NCBI GenBank assembly: GCA_030535395.1
Contig: JAUNLK010000004.1
Coordinates: 33,209 to 97,208, forward strand
Source: Tissierellia bacterium
GTDB taxonomy: Bacteria; Bacillota; Clostridia; Tissierellales; Peptoniphilaceae
Direction: 5' to 3'
Length of the DNA stretch: 64,000 bases
A program made the translations under genes and the position numbers. The notes under the pieces are model-generated. The model searched no databases. It had not been told where the DNA came from and saw nothing but the letters and a program-made list of their open reading frames with translations. The stretch's first letter is position 1, and each line of letters opens with the position of its first letter. Positions 61,444-64,000 of this stretch are shown here, one piece after another.

Positions 61444-62604
61444 CTATTTTTCCACCAGGGAGAGGGCGGAGAGGACTTGGAGGTAGATGCCGTAGTAGAT
61501 GGCGTCTTGGTCGGCCTTGAATTTGGGGGAGTGGAGGGGATGATTTTCCCCCTCGGGGCTGCCCACCCCCAGGGAGATGTAGGTGCCCTCCACATTTTCC
61601 AGGAAGTAGCCGAAGTCCTCGGCCCCCATGGAGGGGGGGCTGATCTTCACGGAGTCGGGGCCGAAGACGGAGCGGGCCAGTTTCTTCACCCGCTCGGTGA
61701 TGATGATGTCGTTGACCAGGGCGATATAGCCCTCTTCAATTTCCACCTCGGCCTCAATGTCGAAGGCCTTGGCCAGGGCCTGGACCTGCTGGGTGAGGAC
61801 TTCCGCCGCCTCCTCCCGGACCTCCTGGGAGGAGGAGCGGAGGGTGCCCTCCATGGTCAATTCCTTGGGGAGTATATTGGGCTTGGAGCCGGCGTGGATG
61901 GAGGCCACAGTGACCAGGGCGGGCTCCAGGGGGGAGCGCTTCCGGGTCATGGCCCCCTGTATCCCCTGAATGATGAAGGAGGAGGCGTAGATGAGGTCTT
62001 GGGTCTTCTGGGGATGGGCGGCGTGGCCCCCGTCCCCCCGGAGGGTGATGGTGAAGTCGTCCACTGCGGCGTTGAAAAAGCCGCCCCCAAAGCCAAAGGT
62101 CCCCACCTCCAGGGAGGGGTCCACGTGGAGGGCCAGGATGTAGTCCACATCGTCCACGGCGCCGGCCTGGACCATGGCCAGGGCCCCGCCATTTTTCTCC
62201 TCATCGGGCTGGAAGAGGAATTTGATCTTCCCGGCGAAATAGGGATTCTCCTTGAAGTAGAGGGCGGTGCCCAGGAGAATGGCCGTGTGGACATCGTGGC
62301 CACAGGCGTGCATGACCCCGGGGTTTTCCGAGGCGTAGTCCACCCCCGACTCTTCGGTAATGGGCAGGGCGTCCATATCGGCCCGAAAGGCCACGGTGTT
62401 GCCCTCGTGGTCTCCCTCCACCCAGGCCACCAGGGCATTTTTCTCCGTGATCTTCTCATAGGGAATCTCCGCCTCATCCAGGACCCTCATGACCCGCTTC
62501 AGGGTCTCGTGCTCCTGGCCACTGAGTTCCGGGTGGCGGTGGAGCTCCTCCTGAATGGGGAGGATTCTCTGGGCGATGGCTTCCACTTTGGGGTTTCTTT
62601 TCAT
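61444..62604 (-). CDS. M20-family amidohydrolase (N-acyl-L-amino acid amidohydrolase/hippuricase-like)
   Basis: 386 aa. LHRHPELSGQEHET, MHACGHDVH and FQPDEE motifs. Confidence 0.88.
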   Translation of the reverse strand: MKRNPKVEAIAQRILPIQEELHRHPELSGQEHETLKRVMRVLDEAEIPYEKITEKNALVAWVEGDHEGNTVAFRADMDALPITEESGVDYASENPGVMHACGHDVHTAILLGTALYFKENPYFAGKIKFLFQPDEEKNGGALAMVQAGAVDDVDYILALHVDPSLEVGTFGFGGGFFNAAVDDFTITLRGDGGHAAHPQKTQDLIYASSFIIQGIQGAMTRKRSPLEPALVTVASIHAGSKPNILPKELTMEGTLRSSSQEVREEAAEVLTQQVQALAKAFDIEAEVEIEEGYIALVNDIIITERVKKLARSVFGPDSVKISPPSMGAEDFGYFLENVEGTYISLGVGSPEGENHPLHSPKFKADQDAIYYGIYLQVLSALSLVEK

Positions 62605-63620
62605 AGTTCTTCCTTTATCGTCGTCACAAGGCGATGCAAAAGGCTTCGCTCCTGGGGTTGCAGTCGTTCGTAGGATCTGAGGGCGTGGGAGAAGGCCCGG
62701 GCACTGACGGTGGCGGTGCCAAAGATATAGGGCTCCCGGCCCACCAGCTGAATCACCGTCTCATAGGCCAGCTGCCGCTCCTGGAGGCTGGCCTCTTCCA
62801 AATAGCGATTGATCCCCCGGCCCATGGCCAGGGCCCGGGGATCGGGGAGGGCCCGCTTGAAGCGACTCCCCGAGATCCGCCAGGTGTAGCCCAGGTGGTT
62901 CATGGGGGGCGTGTGGACCCCGGTGGAGACAAATTGCCGCACCTCCCGGTGGTGGAGGATGTGGCCCACCACCCCCCGGTGGCTCATGAGATGGGTGATC
63001 TTGGGGGTGATGCGCTCATAGTCCTCACTATCAAAGATGTCCCGGTGGAAGCCGGGGCTGTCGTAGAGAAAGACCTTCTCAATTTGATCCTGGGGGCCGT
63101 TCATGGCGGCAAAGCTCGCCAAGTGGCCCCCCTTGGAGTAGCCCACCACCCGGAGGGGCAGCTGGGGCAGCTGACAGAGATAGTCCGCCCCCCGCTGGGC
63201 CGAGGGGATCTCCCCCAAAATCAGCTGAAAATTCTCCCGCCAACCGGCGGAGCTGTGGTCGGTACCCTCAAAGACCACCGTGAGGCCGGGATTGTGGGGG
63301 AGGGCGTAGGCCGTGGCGGAAAACTGAAAATCCTCCCCCACCTCCTTCACATAGTCCACCACCCGAATCCCCTGAAATCTCGGGGACTTGGCCGCGAGCC
63401 TCAGGAGGTGATAGGAGGGCAGGCGCACGGAGACCCGCTCCCTGGAGGGGAGAATGTCCCACCACTGAAAGGCGTGGTCCAGCTCCCGGAGGGTGCCGGG
63501 AAAATTCAGCTCCTGAAATTTAATACTGGACAGCTCCGCCAGGACCATGCCGTCCACCTCATTGAAGGGGCTGTGGGCGAAGCTGGGCTGCCTCTTGAGA
63601 TAGTCAAAGAGGGGCACCAT
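62601..63620 (-). CDS. DUF2974 (Mbeg1-like) alpha/beta-hydrolase-fold protein
   Basis: 339 aa. VVGYSKGGHLASFAAM is a GxSxG-type nucleophile elbow. The N-terminal FNEVDGMVLAELSSIKF is typical of this family, from memory. Confidence 0.65.
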   Translation of the reverse strand: MVPLFDYLKRQPSFAHSPFNEVDGMVLAELSSIKFQELNFPGTLRELDHAFQWWDILPSRERVSVRLPSYHLLRLAAKSPRFQGIRVVDYVKEVGEDFQFSATAYALPHNPGLTVVFEGTDHSSAGWRENFQLILGEIPSAQRGADYLCQLPQLPLRVVGYSKGGHLASFAAMNGPQDQIEKVFLYDSPGFHRDIFDSEDYERITPKITHLMSHRGVVGHILHHREVRQFVSTGVHTPPMNHLGYTWRISGSRFKRALPDPRALAMGRGINRYLEEASLQERQLAYETVIQLVGREPYIFGTATVSARAFSHALRSYERLQPQERSLLHRLVTTIKEEL

Positions 63621-63622
63621 GT

Positions 63623-64000
63623 TTAGCGGTCCAGCCCAGTGTAGAGCTGGGGCCTCCGGTCCTCCCAGAGATTGAAAAATTCCCGGCTGGATTCCAGGAG
63701 GCTGAGGTCCAAATCCACCACGGCGGTGGTCTCCTCGGTGCCCAATTTCAATAGCTCCACTCCCCAGGGATCATAGACCACACTGCCTCCGCCTGCCATG
63801 GCCCGCTCACCGGGAGCCTTGGTGCCATTGACCACGGCCACAAAGATCTGATTGGTCATGGCGTGGGCCCGGGCCATGGTCTGCATCTGCTCAATGCGGC
63901 TCAGGGGCCACATGGCGGGCATCAGGAGGATTCTCATGCCGCCGTACATGAGCTTCCGCACCCACTCGGGGAAGCGCTGGTCGTAGCAGGTCACCGTGCC
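63623..64000 (-). CDS. Carbon-nitrogen hydrolase family protein (partial; N-terminus lies beyond the window)
   Basis: VTCYDQRFPEW contains the catalytic Cys context of the nitrilase superfamily. The ORF runs off the right edge. Confidence 0.75.
   Translation of the reverse strand, partial: GTVTCYDQRFPEWVRKLMYGGMRILLMPAMWPLSRIEQMQTMARAHAMTNQIFVAVVNGTKAPGERAMAGGGSVVYDPWGVELLKLGTEETTAVVDLDLSLLESSREFFNLWEDRRPQLYTGLDR

Overview
This window is the chromosomal replication-origin region of a Gram-positive bacterium, probably Bacillota and Clostridia/Tissierellia-like. That taxonomy is a guess from gene order, SLH domains and RBS style. Native genes use strongly G/C-ending codons.

The origin core is dnaA-dnaN-yaaA-recF-gyrB-gyrA on the minus strand (20985-29417). 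It diverges from rpmH-rnpA-yidD-yidC-khpB(jag)-mnmE-mnmG-rsmG-parA-parB on the plus strand (29892-39118). DnaA-box clusters lie on both sides of dnaA. The dnaA-dnaN spacer holds a DnaA-trio/AT-rich unwinding module, and seven parS-like 16-mers sit directly upstream of parA.

Left of the origin (368-20963) the genes are mostly housekeeping or envelope functions:
- an SLH surface protein, rmlA, mnmA, dinB, transporters and hotdog-fold proteins
- a MarR regulator
- a three-gene GT-C/GtrA/GT2 glycosylation operon
- tRNA-Arg
- a STAS/anti-sigma/sigma/PsiE-like operon

Right of parB the genes are:
- PhzF-like, cyclodeaminase, a lipid kinase, an M23/LysM/G5 peptidase and tRNA-Ser(CGA)
- a clearly foreign AT-rich island (about 42.9-47.3 kb), followed by an internally deleted IS3-family element (47.6-48.3 kb)
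- native genes: C39-like peptidase, glpK, a YpfJ-like metallopeptidase, split chromate-transporter genes flanking a PTS-EIIC_2-like gene, MATE, a Crp/Fnr regulator with a YjjI/YjjW glycyl-radical pair, a lower-GC Fic islet, and an M20/DUF2974/CN-hydrolase operon

The island carries a promoter- and terminator-bounded structured transcript of about 330 nt. It also carries an ABC ATPase with two paralogous 398-aa ABC-2 permeases.

The items most worth a second look are the island with its structured small transcript and twin-permease ABC module, the dense parS array, and the short anti-sigma factor that lacks recognisable ATP-binding motifs. No CRISPR array, rRNA or intact prophage is visible. 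Many long ORFs in the six-frame track are antisense artefacts of the high G+C coding strand. All family assignments come from reading motifs in the translations. No database search or numeric composition calculation was run.
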